This document shows, piece by piece, positions 1-8,109 of a DNA stretch of 42,916 nucleotides (the stretch's first letter is position 1; every line of letters starts with the position of its first letter). The stretch is taken from NCBI GenBank assembly GCA_024653825.1, contig JANLHF010000003.1, positions 1 to 42,916 on the forward strand, written 5' to 3'. The position numbers and the translations under genes were made by a program. Below the pieces are notes generated by a model. The model worked only from the letters and a program-made list of their open reading frames with translations. It had not been told where the DNA came from and searched no databases. This stretch comes from Patescibacteria group bacterium (GTDB lineage: Bacteria; Patescibacteriota; Minisyncoccia; Phycocordibacterales; Phycocordibacteraceae).

Positions 1-243
1 CTGATTCTCGCCTGTACGCACTATCCTCTCGTGAGTCACCTTTTTAAACGCGCGCTCGGCCCGATACCGCTCTTTGATCCGGCGCTTGCGGTGGGCGAAC
101 GGGTGAAGAAACAGCTCTGGCCGCGGGAGGTTGCCGAGGGTACGATCCATTTCATCATCAGTAAAGATTCGCAGCCGTTTCGCGACCGCGCAGCGAAGCT
201 CCTGCCGAGCGGTGCGTTTTCGATTGAAGTGCTAAGCGCGTGA
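1..243 (+). CDS. murI: Glutamate racemase, 3' partial (runs off window start)
   Basis: Frame 1 from base 1 reads LILACTHYPLVSHLFKRALG..., matching the MurI second catalytic Cys motif (LILGCTHYP); stop TGA 241-243; lies upstream of murC. Confidence 0.85.
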   Translation: MILACTHYPLVSHLFKRALGPIPLFDPALAVGERVKKQLWPREVAEGTIHFIISKDSQPFRDRAAKLLPSGAFSIEVLSA

Positions 244-269
244 CGCGCTTCCTCCCGGCGCCTGCCTCG

Positions 270-296
270 GACAAATGCATGAGGGCATGCTTTGTC
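270..296. repeat. Intergenic inverted repeat (11-bp stem, one bulge) between murI and murC
   Basis: GACAAA-T-GCATG-AGGG-CATGC-TTTGTC; no U-tract, so function unclear. Confidence 0.4.
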
Positions 297-326
297 ACTC
301 GGCTTGCTTGGTAGTAGATTAGGTAT

Positions 327-1658
327 ATGGAATATACGGGCAAAAAAATTTATTTCATCGGCATCGGAGGGATCGGGATGTCGGCGCTCGCGCAATATGT
401 CAAGGATAGGGGGGCAGACGTGACTGGCTCGGATAGGGAAGCGAGCCCCGTCACTGACCTTCTGGAGAAGAAGGGAATTAAGGTCGAGATTGGTCAGAGA
501 GCAGGAAATGTTTCCGAGGATGCTGAAATGGCAATTTATAGCGATTCGGTACCTGTGGATAACGTTGAGCGCATTCGCGCCACTGAGTTGGGGATAACCC
601 AAATCTCATATTTTGCAATGCTTGGGAAGGTGTCAGCGGATAAGCGCACTATCGCCATCGCGGGGACACACGGGAAGACGACGACGACGGGGATGCTCGC
701 GAAGATTCTTCATGATGCTGGGGCAGACGAGACGGCGATTATCGGCTCGATCGTTAAGGACTTTGGGTCTAATTATCTCAGCGGAGATTCAGATTTGTTT
801 GTTGTTGAAGCCTGCGAATATAAAGACCACCTCCTCGAACTCTCGCCACAAGTGCTCGTCATCACGAATCTCGAGTGGGATCATACCGATTACTTCCCTT
901 CTCTGACTTCTCTTCAGGACACCTTTAAGAAAGCGATTAAACGAGTACCGGAAGACGGCGCGATTATCACCGACCCGAATAACAGAAACATCACTTCCCT
1001 TCTGGCCAGCGCAAAAGCTCGGATTATTGATTACACTAAAGAGCCGGCATATGGGCTCGCCTTGCCGGGCGAGTTTAATCAGATGAATGCACGCGCGGCC
1101 GCCGCGGCCGCGCGTACTGCGTACTCCTCAATAACTGACGAGACCATTCGCACCTCACTTGCCTCGTTTCAGGGTACGTGGCGGAGATTTGAATATAAAG
1201 GGGAAACAGCGAAGGGCGCCGAGGTCTACGACGACTATGCGCATCACCCGACGGCTGTGCGCGAGACGCTGAAGGCGCTTCGCGGGAAAATCCGCGAGGC
1301 CCGCAAAGTGACTCCTCGCGAAGGCGAGGTGTCTCTTTGTGGGCCAGGTAAGATCATTGTTGCATTCCATCCGCATCTTTATAGCCGTACGCGTGACCTG
1401 CTCGACGAATTCGCCGTTGCTTTTGGCGATGCCGACAAAGTATTTATTGCTCCTATTTATGCCGCACGCGAAGTCGATGACGGTACGATCTCGAGCGAGA
1501 TCCTCGCGGAGCGCATCCGCGCAACCGGTACTGAATCGGTCGCACTTGATTTTGACACTATTGAAAAAGAACTCGAAAATGTTGAGTCGGGCGATACCAT
1601 CATCACGATGGGCGCGGGCGATATCTACAAAATTGCCGACGCACTAGTTAAAAAATAA
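327..1658 (+). CDS. murC: UDP-N-acetylmuramate--L-alanine ligase
   Basis: GIGGIGMSALA, AGTHGKTTTTGM, VVEACEY, NLEWDHTDY, DDYAHHPT, FHPHLYSRT, TMGAGDI motifs. Confidence 0.95.
   Translation: MEYTGKKIYFIGIGGIGMSALAQYVKDRGADVTGSDREASPVTDLLEKKGIKVEIGQRAGNVSEDAEMAIYSDSVPVDNVERIRATELGITQISYFAMLGKVSADKRTIAIAGTHGKTTTTGMLAKILHDAGADETAIIGSIVKDFGSNYLSGDSDLFVVEACEYKDHLLELSPQVLVITNLEWDHTDYFPSLTSLQDTFKKAIKRVPEDGAIITDPNNRNITSLLASAKARIIDYTKEPAYGLALPGEFNQMNARAAAAAARTAYSSITDETIRTSLASFQGTWRRFEYKGETAKGAEVYDDYAHHPTAVRETLKALRGKIREARKVTPREGEVSLCGPGKIIVAFHPHLYSRTRDLLDEFAVAFGDADKVFIAPIYAAREVDDGTISSEILAERIRATGTESVALDFDTIEKELENVESGDTIITMGAGDIYKIADALVKK
1298..1345. repeat. 48-bp intragenic palindrome in murC (frame-preserving)
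   Basis: GGCCCGCAAAG(1298-1308)/CTTTGTGGGCC(1335-1345), GAC/GTC and CCTCGC-GAAG-GCGAGG; 20 of 22 positions pair. Confidence 0.8.
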
Positions 1659-1659
1659 C

Positions 1660-1683
1660 AACGCCCCAAGAGTACGGGGCGTT
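1660..1683. terminator. Probable (bidirectional) intrinsic terminator after murC
   Basis: AACGCCCC-AAGAGTAC-GGGGCGTT hairpin right after the murC stop, between convergent ORFs; A-run upstream, TTT downstream. Confidence 0.6.
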
Positions 1684-1696
1684 TGGGTCACAAGAC

Positions 1697-1891
1697 TCAG
1701 TCGAAGAACTGCGGACCACCGATTTTCTTCACGTCAATCGGTTTCGTCTGTGCCGGAGGTGTCCCAACATGGAGTGCGGCGTCAACCGGACTCCGGAATT
1801 CTGCCGGCCAAACAAGCCTTACAGGTATCCCCAATCTTTCTTTGGGCGTGCCGACTTGGAGCGTACGTTCCATCGTGTCAAATATTTTCAT
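1697..1891 (-). CDS. Small hypothetical protein (64 aa, MKIFDTMERTLQVGTP...GGPQFFD)
   Basis: Fills the murC-rsmI gap; AGAGGA SD-like motif just before ATG 1891; ends at the murC terminator; no recognisable homology. Confidence 0.45.
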   Translation of the reverse strand: MKIFDTMERTLQVGTPKERLGIPVRLVWPAEFRSPVDAALHVGTPPAQTKPIDVKKIGGPQFFD

Positions 1892-1955
1892 ATTTCCTCT
1901 TTGGGAGCTCAATGGGTGAACGGAGCCGTTTCTTCCGTTTTTGATTGTATCTCAT

Positions 1956-1964
1956 TGCTATAAT
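1956..1964 (+). promoter_or_regulatory. Extended -10 promoter (TGcTATAAT) for rsmI
   Basis: Perfect TGnTATAAT 25 nt upstream of the rsmI ATG. Confidence 0.6.
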
Positions 1965-1989
1965 ATGTCAATTACGCTAAAGTAGGCAC

Positions 1990-2709
1990 ATGGGAACACC
2001 TTTCGAACAGACTCAAGGCAAACTCTCCATCGTCGCGACGCCGATAGGGAACTTGGAGGATATTACGCTGCGCGCCCTGCGGACGCTGAAAGAGTGCGAC
2101 GTTATCTATGCTGAGGACACACGTGTCATTTCCAAACTGCTTGCGCGATATGAAATCAAGAAACCGCTCCAACGGCTGGATGCGGCGATGGAGTCGAAGC
2201 GGGCGGACCAAATTGTTGAGCGACTCGAAGCAGGCGAGCGTGTCGCGTTTGTCAGCGACGCAGGCACTCCTGGCATCAGTGATCCGGGCGCGCGGCTCGT
2301 GGCGCAGGTGCGTGCACAATTGCTGGGCGCAAAAATTGAAGCAATACCGGGAGCTTCCGCGCTCACAGCCGCGCTCTCCATCGCGGGACTCGACACAGCC
2401 GAGTTTATCTTCCTTGGATTCCTGCCGCACAAGAAGGGTCGACAAACGACGCTGAAGCAAATCGCGGAGATGGTTCGAAAAGACTCACCACAGGGCGGAA
2501 TTCCCGTCGTATTGTATGAGTCGCCACATCGCATAGAGAAACTCTTGAAAGAATTGGAGGTGCTCGGCGTATCTCGGGTCACCATCGCCCGCGAGCTTAC
2601 TAAGATTCACGAAGAAGTTCTCTCTGGCACGCCAGCCGAATTACTCGCGCATTTTGCCGCATGCCCAGACACAGTACGGGGAGAATTTGTCGTCATTGTG
2701 ACGCCCTGA
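1990..2709 (+). CDS. rsmI: 16S rRNA (cytidine1402-2'-O)-methyltransferase
   Basis: IVATPIGNLEDITLRAL, AEDTR, VSDAGTPGISDPG, IPGASA, GFLPHK, YESPHRI, ARELTKIHEE, RGEFV. Confidence 0.95.
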   Translation: MGTPFEQTQGKLSIVATPIGNLEDITLRALRTLKECDVIYAEDTRVISKLLARYEIKKPLQRLDAAMESKRADQIVERLEAGERVAFVSDAGTPGISDPGARLVAQVRAQLLGAKIEAIPGASALTAALSIAGLDTAEFIFLGFLPHKKGRQTTLKQIAEMVRKDSPQGGIPVVLYESPHRIEKLLKELEVLGVSRVTIARELTKIHEEVLSGTPAELLAHFAACPDTVRGEFVVIVTP

Positions 2710-2721
2710 TACAATAGGAAC

Positions 2722-2931
2722 ATGTCCCGATCAAGCACCCTCATTCTATTCGGCATTTTGGTCATTCTTACGCCTTTTTCCGGGCTTCCTATATCTCTGC
2801 GCTCATTGCTCCTGGTTATCTTTGGCGCCTGCGTGTGCGGTCTTGGTTTCTCACAGCGCGTGCGCGAAGCTCGCAGTCATCAGCAGTCAGTAGAGACTCC
2901 TCCGTCTCCGCCGACCATTTCTTCCATTTAG
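2722..2931 (+). CDS. Small two-TM membrane protein
   Basis: Two hydrophobic segments; TGaTACAAT extended -10 ends 6 nt upstream of ATG. Confidence 0.7.
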   Translation: MSRSSTLILFGILVILTPFSGLPISLRSLLLVIFGACVCGLGFSQRVREARSHQQSVETPPSPPTISSI

Positions 2932-2950
2932 TTTTGGTATACTTCTAGGG

Positions 2951-4741
2951 ATGGAAAATCCCGAGCGCGTGACCTACTTCGCGGCGACTGACGCACGCGG
3001 GAAACTTATTCCTTTCGGTATTAAATCGAAGGATCGCGATCGTCACATGTATGTCATCGGTAAGACCGGTATGGGTAAGTCGACCCTCCTCGAGAATATG
3101 GCGATCCAAGATATCAGAAATGGGGAAGGCATCGCCTTTCTCGACCCGCACGGCGCGACGGTTGATCGGCTCCTCGACTATATTCCCGAAGAGCGCGTCA
3201 AAGACGTCGTCTACTTCGCGCCGTTCGACCTCGAACACCCCATCGCCTTCAACGTGATGGAGGATGTCGGCTACGACAAGCGCCATTTGGTGGTCAGCGG
3301 GCTCATGGCGACCTTCAAGAAGATCTGGGAGGACGCGTGGAGCGCGCGTATGGAATACATCCTCACCAATACGCTCCTCGCGCTTCTTGAATATCCGGAT
3401 GCGACCCTGCTCGGCGTGAATCGTATGTACACCGATAAGGATTATCGGACGAAGGTGGTGGATAACGTGAAGGATCCGGTCGTGAAGGATTTCTGGACCA
3501 AGGAGTTCGCAAACTACGGCGATCGTTACACCCAGGAGGCAACGCCGGCCATTCAAAATAAGATCGGCCAATTCACCGGCAATCCGCTCATCCGTAATAT
3601 CATTGGACAGCCGAAATCCTCGTTCGACATCCGTACGATGATGGACCAGAAGAAGATTCTCATCATGAATCTCTCGAAAGGACTTGTGGGGGAGACCAAT
3701 ATGCGTCTCTTGGGCTCGATGCTCACGACGCGTCTCTTCCTCGGCGCGATGAGCCGCGCGAATCTCTCCGGGCCCGAACTCACGAAACTTCCGCACTTTT
3801 ATTTTTATGTAGATGAATTTCAGAACTTTGCGAACCAGACATTCGCCGAGATTCTCTCCGAATCGCGCAAATATAAACTGAACCTCATCATCACGAACCA
3901 ATACATCGAGCAGATGGAGGAGGAAGTGCGCGACGCGGTGTTCGGTAACGTGGGTACGACGGTGGCATTCCGCGTTGGACCCTTTGATGCCGAAGTGTTG
4001 GAGACAGTCTTTATGCCGAAGTTTTTGAAAGAGGACATCGTGGGTCTCGATAAACGGCAGGTGTATCTCACCCTGATGATAGACGGGGTTGGCTCTTCTC
4101 CTTTTTCTGCAGTTACCATCCCGCCGATAGAAGCACCACCAGTATCTCATCGACAAGAGGTCATCGACTCGTCGCGAGAACAATTCTCTACACAGCGCGC
4201 CGGCATCGAGACAGCCATCATGGAGGAGTTCGCGGTAAGTGCGGCGGCTCCCGTTCCGCTCGATGCGCGCATGAAAAAGAAACCACCGATGCGCTCAGCT
4301 TCTTCGTATACACCGACCTCAACTCATACCACTCCATCTCATCCTCCGACCCAACTTCGCCAAGGCTACGATGGGCACAGCAAGGCTACGGAGGGCACGG
4401 TGCGCTCACCAGAAATTCGTCCTGCTCCGCCGAGTAAGAGCGCTGAAGATCTAAAAGCGATACTGCGGAATATGACGGCAAAGACCGGCGCAGAAAGGGA
4501 ACAGAAACAATCGCATACTCAGCAGGAGTTGAAAGGTACGCTCGCTGATGTGTTGCAGCTCCGACGTCAGGAGTCGGGGCTCCGACCGGAAGCGTCGGAG
4601 AAGCCCGTGACGATTCAACCGCCACAACAAAAAGCCCCGACGTCAGAAGTCGGGGTCCCGACCGGAAGCGTCGGGAAAGAGAAAAAGCCTTTTGAAGTTC
4701 CTGAAGAAGAGCTTCGAGACGTCCTCAAAGGCAAACAATAA
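2951..4741 (+). CDS. VirD4/TraG/TrwB-like (HerA/FtsK superfamily) ATPase with low-complexity C-terminal tail
   Basis: Walker A GKTGMGKS, DPHG, Walker B FYVDEFQNF, SESRKYKLNLIITNQY; TGgTATACT 7 nt upstream. Confidence 0.85.
   Translation: MENPERVTYFAATDARGKLIPFGIKSKDRDRHMYVIGKTGMGKSTLLENMAIQDIRNGEGIAFLDPHGATVDRLLDYIPEERVKDVVYFAPFDLEHPIAFNVMEDVGYDKRHLVVSGLMATFKKIWEDAWSARMEYILTNTLLALLEYPDATLLGVNRMYTDKDYRTKVVDNVKDPVVKDFWTKEFANYGDRYTQEATPAIQNKIGQFTGNPLIRNIIGQPKSSFDIRTMMDQKKILIMNLSKGLVGETNMRLLGSMLTTRLFLGAMSRANLSGPELTKLPHFYFYVDEFQNFANQTFAEILSESRKYKLNLIITNQYIEQMEEEVRDAVFGNVGTTVAFRVGPFDAEVLETVFMPKFLKEDIVGLDKRQVYLTLMIDGVGSSPFSAVTIPPIEAPPVSHRQEVIDSSREQFSTQRAGIETAIMEEFAVSAAAPVPLDARMKKKPPMRSASSYTPTSTHTTPSHPPTQLRQGYDGHSKATEGTVRSPEIRPAPPSKSAEDLKAILRNMTAKTGAEREQKQSHTQQELKGTLADVLQLRRQESGLRPEASEKPVTIQPPQQKAPTSEVGVPTGSVGKEKKPFEVPEEELRDVLKGKQ
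4343..4398. repeat. Nested palindromic element with CAAGGCTACG(AT/GA)GGGCAC direct repeats inside the ATPase gene
   Basis: 18-bp imperfect repeats at 4361-4378 and 4381-4398; CCCA..TGGG inner stem; CCTCC(4343-47)/GGAGG(4390-94) outer stem. Confidence 0.65.
4559..4676. repeat. Two copies of a 42-bp double-hairpin element (4559-4600, 4635-4676) inside the ATPase gene
   Basis: Core 38-mers 4561-4598 and 4637-4674 match at 35/38; each unit is two abutting 21-nt hairpins CCGAC-N7-GTCGG. Confidence 0.85.
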
Positions 4742-4750
4742 TACTTTTCT

Positions 4751-6043
4751 ATGCGCATCGCCGTGTTGCTTACGCTGGTTGTTCTTTTCCCAACATTCGT
4801 GTATGCAGATAGTCCTCCGACTGTCGAGACCGTGATTTTACACGACACCATATATCCGTCTGCAACCGTCGAGTCCGGACTTGCAGCGACCACTTCCATC
4901 GACATTGTTTTTTCTGAGCAAGTAAAAGCATCAATAAAAATACTGTCTGCAGATGGTACGATAATCAGTTCACTTTATTCAAGCTCAAAAGTCACAAATC
5001 CGACACCGAAGATTTGGGATGGGACGGACGATACGGGAGCGTCGGTCGGTAATGGTGTCTACATTGTTCTCATTTCTGCTGTCTCTGTTTCGACGGGACT
5101 GTCGATGACCGATTCGTCTAAAACAATCACTGTTGCACTCCCGCCGAACGACTCAGATCCCGCAGGCATCTCTTCCGACACAACAGACACACCGCCACCC
5201 TCCTCCGGCGGCGGACCCGTGGAATATTTGCCAGTGCCGACACTCCGCATTGTCACCAGTGGCGATCGAACCATCTCTTCTGGCGCGGAGGTTGCCTTTA
5301 CCGCTGTTGTGTACGACGGAAACGGAAATAAGCGCAGTGACGCCGTCGTGACGTGGTCGTTTGGCGACGGAATGCAGAAGACGGGCGCAAGCGTTTTCCA
5401 TGCGTATTACAATTCGGGCGAGTATGTCGCGACCGTGCGTGCCACGACCTCTGACGGCGGTGGAGTACTTGGCGAAAGGGTCGTCACAGTCAAAGACGCA
5501 CGCATCAAAATCACATCCGTCTCTTCGCGCGGCATTGCGCTTACGAACAGCGACTCCCGCACACTAGACCTCTCGTTGTGGCGCCTTTCGATGGGCGGGC
5601 AGGAATTCAAGATTCCCGCGGATACAAAGATTCTCGCCGACCACACCATCCTTTTCCCTTCACAAATAATCGAGTTGCCGATTGCGAACTCGGCATCTCT
5701 CCTTTATCCGAGTGGAGAAACGGCTGCCGTATATCCGAGCGTTGCGGTCGCGCCAACGACAGTCGTGCAACCTACAGCGAACAAAATGAGTTATGAACAA
5801 GTACAGGCGGTTGAGCCACCTGTAACACATACCGTCGAACCGATTATACGCACGGAAAACATTCAAGCACATGAAGAAGCAGTAAGTGCCCCCACAGCGG
5901 CGATTGAAGTCGCGGCTGTGGGGGCGGCATCACTCGAATCGTCGGCGCCCGGCTCTTCTGTCGCGGAAATGTTCAAATCTCCGTGGGCGTTCGGCCTTCT
6001 CGGAGTCATTGTCGTAGCCAGCGGGGCGTTTATTCTTCTCTAA
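4751..6043 (+). CDS. Secreted, C-terminally anchored surface protein (FlgD-Ig-like + PKD + lamin-tail-like domains)
   Basis: Signal peptide; IWDGTDDTGASVGNGVYIVLI (FlgD_ig-like); TWSFGDG..HAYYNSGEYVATV (PKD); LTNSDSRTLDLSLWRL (LTD-like); S/T/P-rich linkers; C-terminal TM. Confidence 0.75.
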   Translation: MRIAVLLTLVVLFPTFVYADSPPTVETVILHDTIYPSATVESGLAATTSIDIVFSEQVKASIKILSADGTIISSLYSSSKVTNPTPKIWDGTDDTGASVGNGVYIVLISAVSVSTGLSMTDSSKTITVALPPNDSDPAGISSDTTDTPPPSSGGGPVEYLPVPTLRIVTSGDRTISSGAEVAFTAVVYDGNGNKRSDAVVTWSFGDGMQKTGASVFHAYYNSGEYVATVRATTSDGGGVLGERVVTVKDARIKITSVSSRGIALTNSDSRTLDLSLWRLSMGGQEFKIPADTKILADHTILFPSQIIELPIANSASLLYPSGETAAVYPSVAVAPTTVVQPTANKMSYEQVQAVEPPVTHTVEPIIRTENIQAHEEAVSAPTAAIEVAAVGAASLESSAPGSSVAEMFKSPWAFGLLGVIVVASGAFILL

Positions 6044-6079
6044 CTCGCGTTTCTTCACTTTTTATACTAGTCTTCCATC

Positions 6080-6937
6080 ATGACAGGTCAGAAACTTATT
6101 TTGGTTACCGGCGGGGCGGGCTTCATTGGTTCGCATCTTTGCGCACGCCTCGTGAAAGACGGTCACCGCGTTATCTCGCTCGATAATTATTTTACTGGTA
6201 GCCGTGAGAATCACGTTCCTGGCGTCGACTACCGAGAAGGTCATACGAAGAATATAGAGAAGCACATTCCTGAGACTCCGGATCTCATCTACCATCTCGG
6301 TGAATACTCGCGTGTTGAAAAGAGCCTTGAGGAGCCCGCACTCGTCTGGGATCTCAATAAAGACGGTACGTTTGGTGTCGTAGAATTTTGGAGAAAAAAG
6401 AAAGGGAAACTTGTCTATGCCGGTTCGTCTACAAAGTTTGGCGATGGCGGTCTTGGTCGTATGCAAAGTCCTTATGCGTGGACGAAGGCCTCCAACACTG
6501 AACTGGTTAAAAATTACAGTGCGTGGTATGACCTGTCGCACGCAATCACTTATTTTTACAACGTATACGGCCCCGGCGAGCGTTCAGGCGCTTATGGAAC
6601 GGTTATCGAAATTTTCAGACAGGAACAGCAGGCAGAAAAACCTCTTGTCGTGACTGCACCAGGGACGCAAAAACGTAACTTTACTCACGTGGACGATATT
6701 ATCGATGGACTCATCCTTGTTGGAGAAAACGGTGTGGGAGACGACTTCGGCATTGGCAACGAGCATGCTTATTCGATTCTTGAAGTAGCGCACCTCTTCG
6801 GTGAAGAGGTTGTTATGAAGCCTGCCGCACTAGGCAATCGTATGGGGGCGACACTAGACACAACAAAAACACGCGCGCTAGGCTGGATTCCTAAAAAGAA
6901 TCTCATTGATTATATAAATGAAGTTAAAAGGAAATGA
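6080..6937 (+). CDS. NAD-dependent epimerase/dehydratase (extended SDR)
   Basis: TGGAGFIGSHL, GSS, SPYAWTK (YxxxK), YFYNVYGP, RNFTHVDDI. Confidence 0.9.
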   Translation: MTGQKLILVTGGAGFIGSHLCARLVKDGHRVISLDNYFTGSRENHVPGVDYREGHTKNIEKHIPETPDLIYHLGEYSRVEKSLEEPALVWDLNKDGTFGVVEFWRKKKGKLVYAGSSTKFGDGGLGRMQSPYAWTKASNTELVKNYSAWYDLSHAITYFYNVYGPGERSGAYGTVIEIFRQEQQAEKPLVVTAPGTQKRNFTHVDDIIDGLILVGENGVGDDFGIGNEHAYSILEVAHLFGEEVVMKPAALGNRMGATLDTTKTRALGWIPKKNLIDYINEVKRK

Positions 6938-8100
6938 AACGAGTCCTCATTTTTTCTCTTGCATACTATCCTCATGTGGGTGGTGCCGAGGTGGCCATAA
7001 AAGAAATCACCGGCCGCATGCCGGATATTGAGTTTCATATGGTAACCATGCGCTTCTCTGTTGCCGAAGCGCGTGAAGAAAAAATCGGCAATGTGTTCGT
7101 ACATCGCATTGGGAACGGTAGCGGCAAGTTGAGCAAATTCTTTTTTCAGTTTTACGCGGCGAGGAAAGCCGTGGTGCTGCATCGGCAGAACAAGTTCGAC
7201 GGCATCTGGGCGATGATGGCTCATTCGTCCGGAGTTCCTGCCGGCTTGTTCAAAACATTCCATCCGGAGGTGAAGTATTTTCTCACGCTTCAAGAAGGAG
7301 ATCCTCCCGAATACATCGAACGGTTGATGCTCCCAGTGTGGCCGCTCTTCAAGCGTGGATTCACGAAGGCTGATGCAGTTGTGGCGGAATCGACGTTTCT
7401 CGGGCGCTGGGCGCGCCGTATGGGATTTACAGGGCCTCTCGAAGTTATACCGAACGGCATGGATGCCGACCGCTTTGCACAAGTGCCTGCCACAGGGCTT
7501 CTGGAAACGATCCGCACGAAGATTGGAGTGAAGGAGGACGAGACCTGGCTCATCCACACTGGCCGGTTGGTGTACAAGAATGCGCTCGATATAGTGATCT
7601 GTGCGCTGCCGCTTCTGCCAGAACACATACATATATTTATGATCGGTGACGGCCCCGACAAGAGCGCCCTTGCGGAGCTTGCGCGCGAACTGGGTGTCAC
7701 AGCGCGAACACACTTTCACCCGTATGTGCCGCTCACCGACATTCCAAATTATTTGAAAGCATGCGATGTATTTATTCGCCCATCGCGTTCTGAAGGCATG
7801 GGCAACTCATTTATTGAAGCAATGGCGGCAGAATTGCCGGTCATCGCGACACAGGAGGGCGGTATCGCGGACTTTCTTTTTGATGCGAAACGCAATCCGG
7901 ATAAAGAAACGACCGGCTGGGCGGTAGACAAAAACTCGCCTGAACAGATCGCAGAAGCAGTTGAGGATATCCTCGCGCATCCCGAACAAGTTGCGCGCGT
8001 AAAGGAAAACGCGAAGAAAATGGTTTTTGAAAAATACGACTGGAATCTCATTGCCGCGCAGATGAGGTCGGTTTTCGACCGGGTGTTCGAAAACCGTTAG
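6934..8100 (+). CDS. Glycosyltransferase family 4
   Basis: YYPHVGGAE N-terminus; PSRSEGMGNSFIEAMA (E-x7-E). Confidence 0.9.
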   Translation: MKRVLIFSLAYYPHVGGAEVAIKEITGRMPDIEFHMVTMRFSVAEAREEKIGNVFVHRIGNGSGKLSKFFFQFYAARKAVVLHRQNKFDGIWAMMAHSSGVPAGLFKTFHPEVKYFLTLQEGDPPEYIERLMLPVWPLFKRGFTKADAVVAESTFLGRWARRMGFTGPLEVIPNGMDADRFAQVPATGLLETIRTKIGVKEDETWLIHTGRLVYKNALDIVICALPLLPEHIHIFMIGDGPDKSALAELARELGVTARTHFHPYVPLTDIPNYLKACDVFIRPSRSEGMGNSFIEAMAAELPVIATQEGGIADFLFDAKRNPDKETTGWAVDKNSPEQIAEAVEDILAHPEQVARVKENAKKMVFEKYDWNLIAAQMRSVFDRVFENR

Positions 8101-8109
8101 AATACAAAT

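Noticed and set aside
1091-1115. Perfect 11-bp inverted repeat ACGCGCGGCCG/CGGCCGCGCGT in murC
   Set aside because: Encodes the conserved Ala-rich helix (NARAAAAAAR); GCN/CGN codon runs self-pair and there is no length insertion
1683-1960. Possible rnpB/tmRNA/6S RNA (GAGGAAA on the minus strand)
   Set aside because: Lacks the GAGGAAAGUCC continuation and tRNA-like ends; a small ORF explains the region better
2945-4183. 412-aa antisense ORF
   Set aside because: Shadow of the ATPase gene; no recognisable motifs
4559-4676. Mini CRISPR array
   Set aside because: Only two units, inside a CDS, no leader or cas genes
2951-4741. Conjugative element/ICE
   Set aside because: No relaxase, T4SS, integrase or att sites; flanked by housekeeping genes
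6080-6937. Calling this SDR hldD
   Set aside because: Only generic extended-SDR motifs are visible; it is 11 kb from the heptose module and specificity cannot be assigned
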